Source: a virus. Taken from it: a stretch of DNA of 64,000 nt. The position numbers and the translations under genes are program-made. Location: positions 17,576 to 81,575 of the IMG/VR virus record IMGVR_UViG_3300035104_000006; one strand, given 5' to 3'. Under the pieces are notes generated by a model that did not search any database, was not told where the DNA came from, and was given only the letters and a program-made list of their open reading frames with translations. This document shows, one piece after another, positions 1 through 8,821 of this stretch; position 1 is the first letter of the stretch; each line of letters starts with the position of its first letter.

Positions 1-4
1 AAAT

Positions 5-220
5 ATGAGTAAGTGCCCTATATGTGGGAGCAAAGAACTTTATACACAGCCTAAGCCCCAAACTCTAAAGTATAAAGGATTCTCTCATCCAATATACTAC
101 GAAATTCTAGTATGTATGAACTGCTATGGTGAAGTAGTGCCTCGTAAAGCTGTAGAATATTATAAGTATGAGCTAGACAACTTCAGAGCTGAGATTGACT
201 CAATAAAAAATTATTCTTGA
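5..220 (+). CDS. YgiT/MqsA-type zinc-finger protein (stand-alone, no HTH)
   Basis: CPICG...VCMNCYGEV pattern with TLKYKG spacer, typical of the MqsA N-terminal Zn finger. Confidence 0.6.
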   Translation: MSKCPICGSKELYTQPKPQTLKYKGFSHPIYYEILVCMNCYGEVVPRKAVEYYKYELDNFRAEIDSIKNYS

Positions 221-245
221 CAATTTACTCGAATTTTAGTATAAT
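217..245 (+). promoter_or_regulatory. sigma70 promoter (T5-like early class)
   Basis: TTGACA-17-TATAAT with A-rich UP element. Confidence 0.85.
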
Positions 246-269
246 GTACTATAAATAATTGGAGAATTT

Positions 270-785
270 ATGAATATTTTTTATACAAATCACAATCCTC
301 AGTTCTGTGCTAGAGAGCATTGCACAGTGCATACTAGAAAAATGATAATTGAGTATGCTCAAATGTTATCTACAGCCCATAGAGTATGTGATGGAGATGA
401 GTTTGCTGATGAAGATAGTTTATATAGGCGTACACATGAAAACCATCCATGTACTAAGTGGGTAAGAGCAAACTCAGGTAATTATAGGTGGTTGTATGCT
501 TGCCTTAAAGAATTATGTAAAATCTACTGGAAAAGTTCCGGTAAAAAGCATGCCACCCATAGATTACTGGAATATCTACAGTATTGCCCTGTGTATATAC
601 CAAACTACTTATGTACGTGGGAACCTCCTCCACAAGCAATGCCAGATGAATTTAAGCATAAAGATATTAGAGAGGCTTATAAACAATACATCAATTCTAA
701 GTACTTAGACTGGCTGAGTAGAGAAAAGCCTATTAAAGTTGATTGGTACTTTGAAAAACCAGAATGGGCTGAGTATGGGGGATAG
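270..785 (+). CDS. pyrimidine-dimer DNA glycosylase / endonuclease V-like protein
   Basis: MNIF...HC..H..KMIIEYAQMLSTAHR and H.NHPCTKW motifs. Confidence 0.75.
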   Translation: MNIFYTNHNPQFCAREHCTVHTRKMIIEYAQMLSTAHRVCDGDEFADEDSLYRRTHENHPCTKWVRANSGNYRWLYACLKELCKIYWKSSGKKHATHRLLEYLQYCPVYIPNYLCTWEPPPQAMPDEFKHKDIREAYKQYINSKYLDWLSREKPIKVDWYFEKPEWAEYGG

Positions 786-787
786 CT

Positions 788-1012
788 GTGCGAATAGAGC
801 GTGAAAATAGATACGTAGTATTAAAACTAAAGGATATAAATAACTGCTTTTCTAGTACAGAATGGGAAATTTTAAGAGCACTTTGTGAAAAAGTAGACTA
901 TTACAGAGAGTGCGTTGATAAAGAGAAATTAGAGTGTTTAGTTATTGAAAGTGACTGGCCTGAGTATGAAACAGCCTGGCTATCTATAGTGAACAGGATG
1001 AGAAACTCATAG
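788..1012 (+). CDS. conserved phage hypothetical (ERENRYVVLKLKD family)
   Basis: Operon-packed ORF; N-terminal motif familiar from phage small proteins. Confidence 0.6.
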   Translation: MRIERENRYVVLKLKDINNCFSSTEWEILRALCEKVDYYRECVDKEKLECLVIESDWPEYETAWLSIVNRMRNS

Positions 1013-1296
1013 TGCAGAAACTATTAAATACTTTAAAAGATAAATTCCCTGAAATAGAAATGATTGAAGAAAAAAGAGAGTTCATATACTCTAGTTGGAT
1101 TCTTGACTTCAAAAATGGTAATTCAATGATTATTATGAAACAGCCACCACCATACATAGGAGACGTGGAACTCTATACTATTGCAACCTATAACTCTGAG
1201 GAGGAATATGACGATTCGTTGACTTATCAAGGGGAAGAGGCTTACCTAACAGATAAATGTATTATTAAAAGTGTAGACTTTATAAGGAGTTTATAA
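1012..1296 (+). CDS. hypothetical protein
   Basis: Overlapping stop/start with neighbours. Confidence 0.6.
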   Translation: MQKLLNTLKDKFPEIEMIEEKREFIYSSWILDFKNGNSMIIMKQPPPYIGDVELYTIATYNSEEEYDDSLTYQGEEAYLTDKCIIKSVDFIRSL

Positions 1297-1754
1297 TGGA
1301 TATTAAAAAAATGGCTCAAGCTATTGAGCAAGCAAATGAAGCAGGGCTGATACCTTTCATAACTAAATTCTATGAAGAAGGCGAAGATTATTCAGTTGAG
1401 TCACTGGAAGAGTATCTCCAACAAAATATACATTTTGGAAAAGCCTCCGCAGCAATAGATAGTGTAGCACAAGATCTCTACTATGAGAAAAGTAATAATG
1501 CTACCAAAAGCTTGGTAATGGACTCCGGTATTGCTATTACAATAGATATCGAAGAGTATCTGCTAGTAGCGCTATACTCAAAGTCTGAAGATGACCCGGG
1601 ATATTTTGCTAAGTTAGAAGTAGTGTTTGATAAGGAGGAGTCTATTCAAACATTTGTGGATGCTATGTATGATATGGATACTGCAATTATGGCTCTTATG
1701 GAGTCAATAGGTTTTGATAACCTAGGTTATATCCAGCTTAGAATGGAGAAATAA
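1296..1754 (+). CDS. hypothetical acidic protein
   Basis: GGAG RBS, coupled to upstream ORF. Confidence 0.6.
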   Translation: MDIKKMAQAIEQANEAGLIPFITKFYEEGEDYSVESLEEYLQQNIHFGKASAAIDSVAQDLYYEKSNNATKSLVMDSGIAITIDIEEYLLVALYSKSEDDPGYFAKLEVVFDKEESIQTFVDAMYDMDTAIMALMESIGFDNLGYIQLRMEK

Positions 1755-1864
1755 AGTATATACTAAGGAGGTACGTATGGAATTTAGTTGGAAAGTAATC
1801 ATTGCTACCCCTGTACTCTTCCTAATAGCTATAATAATTGAATCAGCAATAAAGGAATATTTAT

Positions 1865-2059
1865 ATGATAGACGATGACATACTTTGTAAGATGTATAAA
1901 GTAGCAAAATCATGCACTACAAAAGAGCAAGCAGCTTCTGCAAAGAAGTATATTGAATTAGCAAGCAAGCAATATCCATGTATATTAAATATACTATCTC
2001 ATCTATTTATGATTACGGATTTATCCGTTGCTAGGAGTAAGAAGCATGTCCGATTATAA
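1865..2059 (+). CDS. hypothetical protein
   Basis: AAGGA RBS, ORF track. Confidence 0.5.
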   Translation: MIDDDILCKMYKVAKSCTTKEQAASAKKYIELASKQYPCILNILSHLFMITDLSVARSKKHVRL

Positions 2060-2681
2060 AGAATTGGAAAATAGTAGTAAATGGGAGTCTGAAAACTCTC
2101 GTTTGAAGTATGTACTAGGAAATAATCATAAAAAAGTACGCATAAAAAATAGAGAGGAGTTACTACTGACCCCAGGGGTTTCCTATACTGCAGATAATAG
2201 AATAATTGGACCAGGTAATATTATATTCTTCAATACTATGGCAGAATTTGCAGGGATGGAATTCAGAATAGGAGACCTTCCAAAAGGATATCCTTGGAAA
2301 AGTTGGATGTATGAAGAAGTACGAGGGTGTACTAAAGAGGAGAGGCTTGTAACAGAGGAAGATCCTAACGGAATTAACCAACATGACCCAGGCGCAAAGC
2401 TGGACAAAGGTAAAAACAGGGTAGCTTTAGTACTAAGTGGATTTTCTAACGCTATTGAAGAAGTAACCAAAGTAGGAACATATGGGGCTGAAAAGTACTC
2501 ACCTAATGGATGGAAGAAGGTAGAAAATGGGCTAGAGCGCTATGATGATGCTATGTTTAGGCATTGGTTAGCTGAAAAACAAGGAAAAGACTTCGACCCT
2601 GACTCTGGTCTATTACACGCAGCGCACACAGCTTGGAATGCTTTAGCGTATCTTGAACTTACTTTACGGGAGAGAAGATGA
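2028..2681 (+). CDS. dATP/dGTP diphosphohydrolase-domain protein (DUF5664) with N-terminal extension; probable start 2046
   Basis: GAKLDKGK...VGTYGAEKYSPNGW...RH...DSGLLHAAHTAWNALA motifs. Confidence 0.8.
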   Translation: MLGVRSMSDYKELENSSKWESENSRLKYVLGNNHKKVRIKNREELLLTPGVSYTADNRIIGPGNIIFFNTMAEFAGMEFRIGDLPKGYPWKSWMYEEVRGCTKEERLVTEEDPNGINQHDPGAKLDKGKNRVALVLSGFSNAIEEVTKVGTYGAEKYSPNGWKKVENGLERYDDAMFRHWLAEKQGKDFDPDSGLLHAAHTAWNALAYLELTLRERR

Positions 2682-2893
2682 ATATAGTAGCTGAAGTTAA
2701 AGATTATATTATTGAGTTTGCTGAAAGAAAAGGGCATCAACCTAAACATATCATTCTGGGTAGGGATGAAAAAGCCAGACTTAGAAACCTCCCTAACTTA
2801 ATGCTAGTAGAAGCTCCAGAAGAGTGGCCGGACAAACTATTTACTCTTCAGATATTTTATTCTAGTGATAACAGCTGTCTAAAGGTGGGATAA
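2678..2893 (+). CDS. hypothetical protein
   Basis: ATGA overlap with upstream gene. Confidence 0.55.
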   Translation: MNIVAEVKDYIIEFAERKGHQPKHIILGRDEKARLRNLPNLMLVEAPEEWPDKLFTLQIFYSSDNSCLKVG

Positions 2894-3057
2894 TGCCTAT
2901 TTATGAGTATAGGTGCAAAAGCTGTGGTAAAGAATACACCATAATAAAGAATATATTAGAGTATAAAGACTCGGTAAGTTGTGACTGCGGCAACTGGGCT
3001 GGAAAGATACCCTCTATACCTGGGTACAGGAGAGATCATACACGGCTTGAGAGGTGA
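2893..3057 (+). CDS. FmdB-family zinc-ribbon protein (54 aa, not in ORF track)
   Basis: Hand translation MPIYEYRCKSCG...CDCG. Confidence 0.75.
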   Translation: MPIYEYRCKSCGKEYTIIKNILEYKDSVSCDCGNWAGKIPSIPGYRRDHTRLER

Positions 3058-3357
3058 TTGATGCCTATTGACTACGAATTTTTCTATGATATAATAAAAG
3101 GGATAAAATATACGGTCGACTTTATAGAAGACTCCAAAGTACTGCTTGGGGAAGGTGGAAAGCTGCAAAAAATACTAAAGCATAGAATTGAGGCTGAAAC
3201 CGATATGCTAGGAATTTTATGCAAAGATAATAATGACTTAATAAGTTACTTCATTAATACTTTAGATTTTGGGCGTTCACAAGCTCCTCAGGGAGATATT
3301 GAAATATTGACTATTGGTAAACTTTTTGACCTTTTAGATGATAACTACGTGGAGTAA
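3058..3357 (+). CDS. hypothetical protein
   Basis: GAGG RBS, ORF track. Confidence 0.55.
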   Translation: MMPIDYEFFYDIIKGIKYTVDFIEDSKVLLGEGGKLQKILKHRIEAETDMLGILCKDNNDLISYFINTLDFGRSQAPQGDIEILTIGKLFDLLDDNYVE

Positions 3358-3359
3358 AG

Positions 3360-4076
3360 ATGAATATAGAGTTAGTAAGTTTTACACATGAACCAATTAA
3401 AACCTGTGCAAAAGCAGCTTATAACTGTACCAATATTGGAGCAATGCCTGAAGATGTAGACGCCTACGGATTAGTAGAAAGAGTACTAGCACTAGGGCAC
3501 GAAAGTATTGCTGAGTTTGCTGATTTTGTATTTAAGGTGGACGGTCTAAGTAGGGTAGCTAGTCACCAGCTAGTTCGACATAGGGTAGCTAGTTATGCTC
3601 AGCAAAGCCAAAGATATAATACATACGAACATCTAAATATAGTTATTCCAAATGAGTTAAATGAAGAGCAGGCAGAAAAACTTAAACAAGCTGCTTCTTT
3701 TTGCCACCAAGTATACCTAGAACTGGTAAATGAAGGAGTATCTGGGGAATCCGCGAGATATATCCTACCTAATTCGGCTGTATCTAGTATATTTGTAAAG
3801 ATGAATGCTAGAGAGCTGAGGCATTTCTTTAGAATGAGATTGTGCCTAACTACCCAAGCAGAAATTCGCAGTATGGCTCAGGCAATGTATGAAGTACTAA
3901 GAACTAATTTTCCAGCTCTTTTTGTAGGCCAATTTCCTCCTTGCGGTACAAAAGGAGAATGTAAAAAATGTCCGGGGGTGAATAAAAATGACAATACAGC
4001 AAAAGTTAGGTTTGAGAAATCTGAGCAAGCCAAACCAAATAATGAAGTCCAAAAAGACTTATTCGAGGAAGTTTAA
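3360..4076 (+). CDS. thyX: FAD-dependent thymidylate synthase
   Basis: GHES, SHQLVRHRVASYAQQSQRY, ARYILP, NARELRHFF motifs. Confidence 0.95.
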   Translation: MNIELVSFTHEPIKTCAKAAYNCTNIGAMPEDVDAYGLVERVLALGHESIAEFADFVFKVDGLSRVASHQLVRHRVASYAQQSQRYNTYEHLNIVIPNELNEEQAEKLKQAASFCHQVYLELVNEGVSGESARYILPNSAVSSIFVKMNARELRHFFRMRLCLTTQAEIRSMAQAMYEVLRTNFPALFVGQFPPCGTKGECKKCPGVNKNDNTAKVRFEKSEQAKPNNEVQKDLFEEV

Positions 4077-4104
4077 ACACCATAATCGTAAAGGTTGGTA
4101 ATAT

Positions 4105-4368
4105 ATGGTAGGAAACTTAGATGATACTTTTGCCTTCAATAAAGCCATAGAGTCCTTAGAAGAGATAATTGAATTGCAAGAAGGGGCTGCTTTTCCATAC
4201 GAGGAAAGAACCCAAGAAGCTTTTAAAGAGGCCCTAAAAGCTTTTGAAACAGCCAGTACCTACGCTACTAGAATTTCCCGGTTGCTTAAAAAGGAAGACT
4301 ACGAAACTACGTTTCATACGCTTCTAGAAAGAGACTTAGCTGAAATAGAAGAACTATTTAATGGCTAA
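4105..4368 (+). CDS. hypothetical protein
   Basis: ORF track. Confidence 0.55.
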   Translation: MVGNLDDTFAFNKAIESLEEIIELQEGAAFPYEERTQEAFKEALKAFETASTYATRISRLLKKEDYETTFHTLLERDLAEIEELFNG

Positions 4369-4377
4369 AAATAGTTC

Positions 4378-4406
4378 TTGACAATTTTCTCAATATTCGC
4401 TATAAT
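4378..4406 (+). promoter_or_regulatory. sigma70 promoter, repeated module copy
   Basis: TTGACA-attttctcaatattcgc-TATAAT, identical core at 7023, 8018, 8555. Confidence 0.9.
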
Positions 4407-4438
4407 AGTATTATAAACAATAGCGAAAGGAGAAAATT

Positions 4439-4669
4439 ATGACTAGGGAAAATATTATTAACATTCTTCGTAATTCTGAAGCAACAGTAACATTTCTTAA
4501 AAAAGACGGGTCAAAACGTGTTATGAAATGTACACTTCGCCCAGATGTACTGCCCGCTCTAAAAGGCTCAAATCATAAGAAGAATGAAGATGTACTTCCA
4601 GTATGGGACTTAGAGAAAAATGCTTGGAGGTCTTTCCGCCTAGATAGTATTATAAAAATAGGAGATTAG
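4439..4669 (+). CDS. SH3-fold WYL_2/DUF2693-like protein
   Basis: VTFLKKDGSKRVMKCTL...WDLEKNAWRSFRLDS motif. Confidence 0.75.
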   Translation: MTRENIINILRNSEATVTFLKKDGSKRVMKCTLRPDVLPALKGSNHKKNEDVLPVWDLEKNAWRSFRLDSIIKIGD

Positions 4670-4670
4670 A

Positions 4671-4886
4671 TTGATTGATAATGTTAACAAAATTGAGGAA
4701 TATCTAAGAGATTCTCTAATTGCACTGGAAACAATACGAGCAATTACTAAAAAAGATGAACATAGTGAAATAATTAATGTATTTCTCCAAAAGATGGAGA
4801 ATTCATTAGTTAAAGTAGCGGAATGTAACTTAGAGATTACCGATTCTTGCGGTAAACCAAAATCACGATGTATTTCCTTTAACTAA
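4671..4886 (+). CDS. hypothetical protein
   Basis: ORF track, AGGAG RBS. Confidence 0.45.
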   Translation: MIDNVNKIEEYLRDSLIALETIRAITKKDEHSEIINVFLQKMENSLVKVAECNLEITDSCGKPKSRCISFN

Positions 4887-4962
4887 GCGAGTGTAGTCCA
4901 ACGGCAGAGACAATGGACTTAAAATCCATAAAGTGAGGATTCGAATTCCTCCACTCGCACCA
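4887..4962 (+). tRNA. tRNA-Leu(TAA), short variable loop, encoded CCA
   Basis: GCGAGTG/CACTCGC acceptor, ATGGA-CT TAA AA-TCCAT anticodon arm, TTCGAAT T-loop, ACCA end. Confidence 0.9.
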
Positions 4963-5049
4963 ATTTTGTCCGTTCAATGTAGGACGGACACACTAGACTC
5001 CGTGACGCCTTCGAAGTCTAGCGCACAACAAAAGGCCGAGATAACAAAG

Positions 5050-5274
5050 GAGGCCATTATGAAATTCTTTTATTCAGTTCTTTTCACTCTGATGCTAACC
5101 AGCCAAGCTTTTGCATCAACTGCAGGACGTACAGACCACTCTGGGATTCTAGTGTGGGCGTTCCTAGGTTTTTGTGCTCTTATAGTAATGGCACAGATTG
5201 TACCTGCAATAATGATGATGGTTGGTGTTGGAAAAGCACTGCACAAAGATTCTACTGCTATTAGTGAGCAGTAA
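5050..5274 (+). CDS. small membrane protein with signal peptide, resembling a Geobacter/Desulfuromonas family
   Basis: AAGGAGG RBS before MKFFYS...; SGILVWAFLGFCALIVMAQIVPA motif. Confidence 0.6.
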   Translation, partial: EAIMKFFYSVLFTLMLTSQAFASTAGRTDHSGILVWAFLGFCALIVMAQIVPAIMMMVGVGKALHKDSTAISEQ

Positions 5275-5280
5275 CTACAT

Positions 5281-5310
5281 TGGGGAGGGGGTTAACCCCC
5301 CCCCATTTTT
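5281..5310 (+). terminator. intrinsic terminator
   Basis: G-run/C-run hairpin followed by TTTTT. Confidence 0.7.
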
Positions 5311-5333
5311 ATATAGCATTAAAAATTTTGCTC

Positions 5334-5362
5334 TTGACGCGAGGGTGGATTTTTAGTATTAT
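5334..5362 (+). promoter_or_regulatory. sigma70 promoter (divergent copy)
   Basis: TTGACG-17-TATTAT with A-rich upstream. Confidence 0.6.
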
Positions 5363-5403
5363 ATAAGAATAATAAATAAAGCTATCGACTAGGGGGATCC
5401 TTA

Positions 5404-6033
5404 ATGGAAAAGAATATAGTTGTGAGTTTGTTTGATTTCACTGGAGGAATGGTAGAGCCTTGGATGGATGCAGGGTATGAATGTTGGATAGTTGATATAC
5501 AACATCCGGAAGGTATCACTAATCATAAAAATCTTAATAAAGTTAATTTCGATTTATCCGAGCCTTGGAATCCCCCTTTTGACAAAGAAAAAATAGCATT
5601 TATTTCAGCATTCCCCCCATGTGATCATTTGGCTGTTAGTGGGGCAAGATGGTTTAAAGGGAAGGGGTTAAGAAAACTTGCTTATAGTATAAACTTATTT
5701 GCAACCGCTGCTGAGTTTTGTGAACAAAGTGAAGCTCCTTATATAATAGAAAACCCAGTAAGTACTATATCTACTTACTGGAGAAAACCTGACTACATAT
5801 TTCACCCCCACGAGTATACAAAATATTTCCCTGAGGATAATTATACTAAAAAGACATGTCTTTGGACAGGGAATGGTTTTAATATGCCTGAGCAGCTTAA
5901 AGATGAGACATTACCTGCACCAGATACTAAAAAGATACACCACGCTTCACCTAAAGATAGATCAAATATGCGAAGTATAACACCTGCCGGTTTTGCATGG
6001 GCAGTATTTGAAAGCAATAAAGCTACCGAATAA
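5404..6033 (+). CDS. short phage C5-cytosine DNA methyltransferase (Dcm-like)
   Basis: SLFDFTG (motif I), AFPPCDHL (catalytic PC), IENPVS (motif VI). Confidence 0.75.
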   Translation: MEKNIVVSLFDFTGGMVEPWMDAGYECWIVDIQHPEGITNHKNLNKVNFDLSEPWNPPFDKEKIAFISAFPPCDHLAVSGARWFKGKGLRKLAYSINLFATAAEFCEQSEAPYIIENPVSTISTYWRKPDYIFHPHEYTKYFPEDNYTKKTCLWTGNGFNMPEQLKDETLPAPDTKKIHHASPKDRSNMRSITPAGFAWAVFESNKATE

Positions 6034-6068
6034 TCGGGGCAAGTTTTCTACCGAAAGGAGAAAAACAG

Positions 6069-6464
6069 ATGAATCATTCACGAAGCACCATCAACCAAAT
6101 GGACAGACTCTTTGAGGTACTGTTAAAGACCTCTCAAGCTACTAAAACTAACTACCCTAGGTATAGTCTATGGACTACCGAGGGGTGGGAAAACAAAAAG
6201 TATATCCTAGATATATTAGTAGCAGGATTTTCTAGGGACGAACTAAAAGTATCATGTTCAGATGGAGTGCTATCTGTAGCTGCTAAGCAAGCAGACTATG
6301 GGCACAGAAACTACTTGGAAAAAGGGTTCAGTACAAAAGACTTTGAAGTAGAATTTCCAATAGCTAATTCATGGCGAGTATCTTCTGTCACATTAAATAA
6401 TGGCATACTAAGTATTCAAATTGAAAAAGAAATAAAAGACGAGCAAATTCTAGAGATTGGATAA
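6069..6464 (+). CDS. Hsp20 small heat-shock protein
   Basis: PRYS...VAGFSRDELKV...YLEKG...F...V.L.NGILSI alpha-crystallin pattern. Confidence 0.85.
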   Translation: MNHSRSTINQMDRLFEVLLKTSQATKTNYPRYSLWTTEGWENKKYILDILVAGFSRDELKVSCSDGVLSVAAKQADYGHRNYLEKGFSTKDFEVEFPIANSWRVSSVTLNNGILSIQIEKEIKDEQILEIG

Positions 6465-6466
6465 GT

Positions 6467-6916
6467 ATGAATGTAGAACGATTAATAAAACAACTAGAAA
6501 AAGATGTAGGGAAGTCTAATAGGTTATATCAAGACACAGACGGAAATAAACTTATTGGTATTGGACACTTGATAACTGATGACGACCCTGAAGCTCTTAG
6601 AGACATCCGACCGGGGCAGAAGATATCTGAGTCGAAATGCACGGAGCTTCTAACATCTGATTTAACTGCTGTAATAACAGACTGTGTAAAGATATTCGGA
6701 ACAGAATGGGAGTCTTTCCCAGAAGAATTTCAAGAATCTTTTGCTAATATTTTATTCTCCACAGACAGGAATAATATTAGTGATCTAAAGGATATTATCT
6801 ATAATGCTGTGGACAGAAATTGGACTCAAGTAGTAGTAGCACTAAAAGAGACTGCTGTCTATCAATCGAATCCTCAACGAATAGCAAGGATGCAATCACG
6901 ACTATCTATTCTGTAA
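6467..6916 (+). CDS. T4-type (GH24) lysozyme homologue lacking catalytic Glu/Thr
   Basis: LEKDVG...YQDTDG..LIGIGHL aligns with DEG..Y.D..G..TIGIGHL. Confidence 0.7.
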   Translation: MNVERLIKQLEKDVGKSNRLYQDTDGNKLIGIGHLITDDDPEALRDIRPGQKISESKCTELLTSDLTAVITDCVKIFGTEWESFPEEFQESFANILFSTDRNNISDLKDIIYNAVDRNWTQVVVALKETAVYQSNPQRIARMQSRLSIL

Positions 6917-6957
6917 ATAAAAAGCACTGACTATCTATTAGTCAGTGCTTTTTATTT
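6914..6957. terminator. bidirectional intrinsic terminator
   Basis: AAATAAAAAGCACTGACT-atctatt-AGTCAGTGCTTTTTATTT. Confidence 0.85.
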
Positions 6958-7022
6958 CTTCTATCTCAGCGCCGAGTTGCGTACATTTTAAGTGATAGTA
7001 TTACGTGCGTATAAAAAAGTTC

Positions 7023-7051
7023 TTGACAATTTTCTCAATATTCGCTATAAT
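7023..7051 (+). promoter_or_regulatory. sigma70 promoter, repeated module copy
   Basis: TTGACA-17-TATAAT identical to 4378. Confidence 0.9.
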
Positions 7052-7082
7052 AGTATTATAAACAATGGCGAAAGGAGTAAAA

Positions 7083-7760
7083 ATGGCTAGAGTTAAAAAG
7101 AAAGAACACGAAAATTTATCAGATTCTAATATTAAAAAAGTAATAGAACTGCTAGAAGCTAAGCAACCTATTACTAAAAAGCACGCTTGTGAGATTCTCA
7201 ACATCTCTTATAATACCACTAGATTAAATAATATTATAGAGGGATACAAGCACAAAAAAGAGATAGAAGCTAAGAATAGAAAAGCTAAACGCGGGAAACC
7301 TGCTACAAAAGATGAAATTTCAGATATAATTAGAGAGTATCTAAATGGTACTTCTATATCAGAAATTTCCAAAGATATTTTTAGGTCTTCTAGTTTTGTA
7401 TCTAATATTATAGATAGAGTAGGAGTACCTCGCAAATTAACCAAAGAAGAAATGAAAGAAAACCATCTGCTCCCAGACCAGTGTATGGCTTATGAATTTA
7501 AATACGGTCAAATTGCATGGTCAGCAAAGTACAATGCCCCTTGTGAAGTCAGGGAAGAACTACAAAATACTGACACAGTGAATTATGAAGAAAAATACGG
7601 GTGTAAATGCTATAAAATCTACGTCGTTAGTAGAGTTGAAGAGCCTGTACCAGGCTTCTCTGCAGTAGAAATCGGAGGGTATAATGCAATATCGCCTGCC
7701 AGTGAACTAGGGGATTTAACACATCTTATAGAGTTTTGTCCTAGTGTAGGAAAAATATAA
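7083..7760 (+). CDS. D2: T5 D2-like DNA-binding protein
   Basis: Size and synteny with the T5 D2-D3-lig block; KEHENLSD..I..VI..LE...ITKK.ACEILNI.YNTTRL. Confidence 0.6.
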   Translation: MARVKKKEHENLSDSNIKKVIELLEAKQPITKKHACEILNISYNTTRLNNIIEGYKHKKEIEAKNRKAKRGKPATKDEISDIIREYLNGTSISEISKDIFRSSSFVSNIIDRVGVPRKLTKEEMKENHLLPDQCMAYEFKYGQIAWSAKYNAPCEVREELQNTDTVNYEEKYGCKCYKIYVVSRVEEPVPGFSAVEIGGYNAISPASELGDLTHLIEFCPSVGKI

Positions 7761-8014
7761 TGGAATATTATTTTATTGGAAGTTTATCTGTAGGAATCGT
7801 TTCATATCTGTCTATTCATAGACCAATATTAAAAGAGCTAAAAGCTACCGGAGAATTAGAGCAAGATGAATTTAGACATCCTATGCTAACAGCTACAATT
7901 CTTATAACATTATTTACAGTTTTAGCTCCTTTTATGGTACTTGCTGGCGTCTTTACTAGTAATGCTCAATTTCAGGAATATTATAAAGAAAGGCTCTTAG
8001 ATAAAGAAAAATAG
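7760..8014 (+). CDS. T5-like membrane hypothetical protein
   Basis: Two hydrophobic segments; follows D2 as in T5. Confidence 0.55.
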   Translation: MEYYFIGSLSVGIVSYLSIHRPILKELKATGELEQDEFRHPMLTATILITLFTVLAPFMVLAGVFTSNAQFQEYYKERLLDKEK

Positions 8015-8017
8015 TTC

Positions 8018-8046
8018 TTGACAATTTTCTCAATATTCGCTATAAT
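8018..8046 (+). promoter_or_regulatory. sigma70 promoter, repeated module copy
   Basis: Identical core to 4378. Confidence 0.9.
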
Positions 8047-8181
8047 ATATTTATAAACAATGGGAAAGGGAGAAAGAAAAGGGAAGATTGGATTAGTACT
8101 TTGGTAAATGGTAAATTTTACTTACATGAGTACGCCAAGGAAGCAGAAATAACTAACCACACTAGCGAAGAAGGAGAAAGT

Positions 8182-8544
8182 ATGAACACATTGTACAAAG
8201 TAATTGAGACTGAAGAGTACGGAACTTTTCTTACTAAAGATTCACAGGGTAAGTTGGTTTTAGAACTGAAAGGTTCTAACAAAGTAGCGTCTTTTTCAAG
8301 CGATGAACTTGAGGAAGTAGTACCTTATACTATTGATATTCAATTTCAGACTGGTGGGGATATCTATACTTTTACCAGTGAAAAGGGCACTCTTGAGTTG
8401 GGTGACCTAGTAGTACCATATGGGCGCGTATACGAAGGCCCATATGGGCGCGACATCGCGCAGGTCACGGGCGTGGATACTAAGAATAAAAAAGCTACTA
8501 AGCCTTTTAAGGGATGGAAATTACAAACTCAACGAATCGCATAA
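8182..8544 (+). CDS. conserved phage hypothetical protein
   Basis: AAGGAG RBS before MNTLYKV; ORF track start 8101 lacks RBS. Confidence 0.6.
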   Translation: MNTLYKVIETEEYGTFLTKDSQGKLVLELKGSNKVASFSSDELEEVVPYTIDIQFQTGGDIYTFTSEKGTLELGDLVVPYGRVYEGPYGRDIAQVTGVDTKNKKATKPFKGWKLQTQRIA

Positions 8545-8554
8545 AAAATAGTTC

Positions 8555-8583
8555 TTGACAATTTTCTCAATATTCGCTATAAT
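8555..8583 (+). promoter_or_regulatory. sigma70 promoter, repeated module copy
   Basis: Identical core to 4378. Confidence 0.9.
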
Positions 8584-8615
8584 ATATTTATAAACAATGG
8601 GAAAGGGAGAAAATT

Positions 8616-8789
8616 ATGGAAAAGTCAAGAGCAGAGTTTCTTATTGATCAACTTAATAACTCGAAAACTCCTTATACTTGGAAGTATTTGTATGATTCAG
8701 AATTATTTGAATTGGCTGTAGCAGGAGATAAAATAGCGGAAAAATATCTGCTTGGAGGCTGTGGTAATATTGAAGTATCTAAAAAATAG
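8616..8789 (+). CDS. hypothetical protein (57 aa, not in ORF track)
   Basis: Promoter plus GGAG RBS; hand translation MEKSRAEFL...EVSKK. Confidence 0.6.
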   Translation: MEKSRAEFLIDQLNNSKTPYTWKYLYDSELFELAVAGDKIAEKYLLGGCGNIEVSKK

Positions 8790-8792
8790 TTC

Positions 8793-8821
8793 TTGACAAA
8801 AAGCTCGATTTTCGGTATAAT
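8793..8821 (+). promoter_or_regulatory. sigma70 promoter
   Basis: TTGACA-17-TATAAT. Confidence 0.85.

Noticed and set aside
6069-6464. Hsp20 as a novelty
   Set aside because: Small heat-shock genes are well known in phages.
8416-8452. 13-bp direct repeat CCATATGGGCGCG inside a CDS
   Set aside because: Short in-frame duplication (PYGR twice); no evidence of function.
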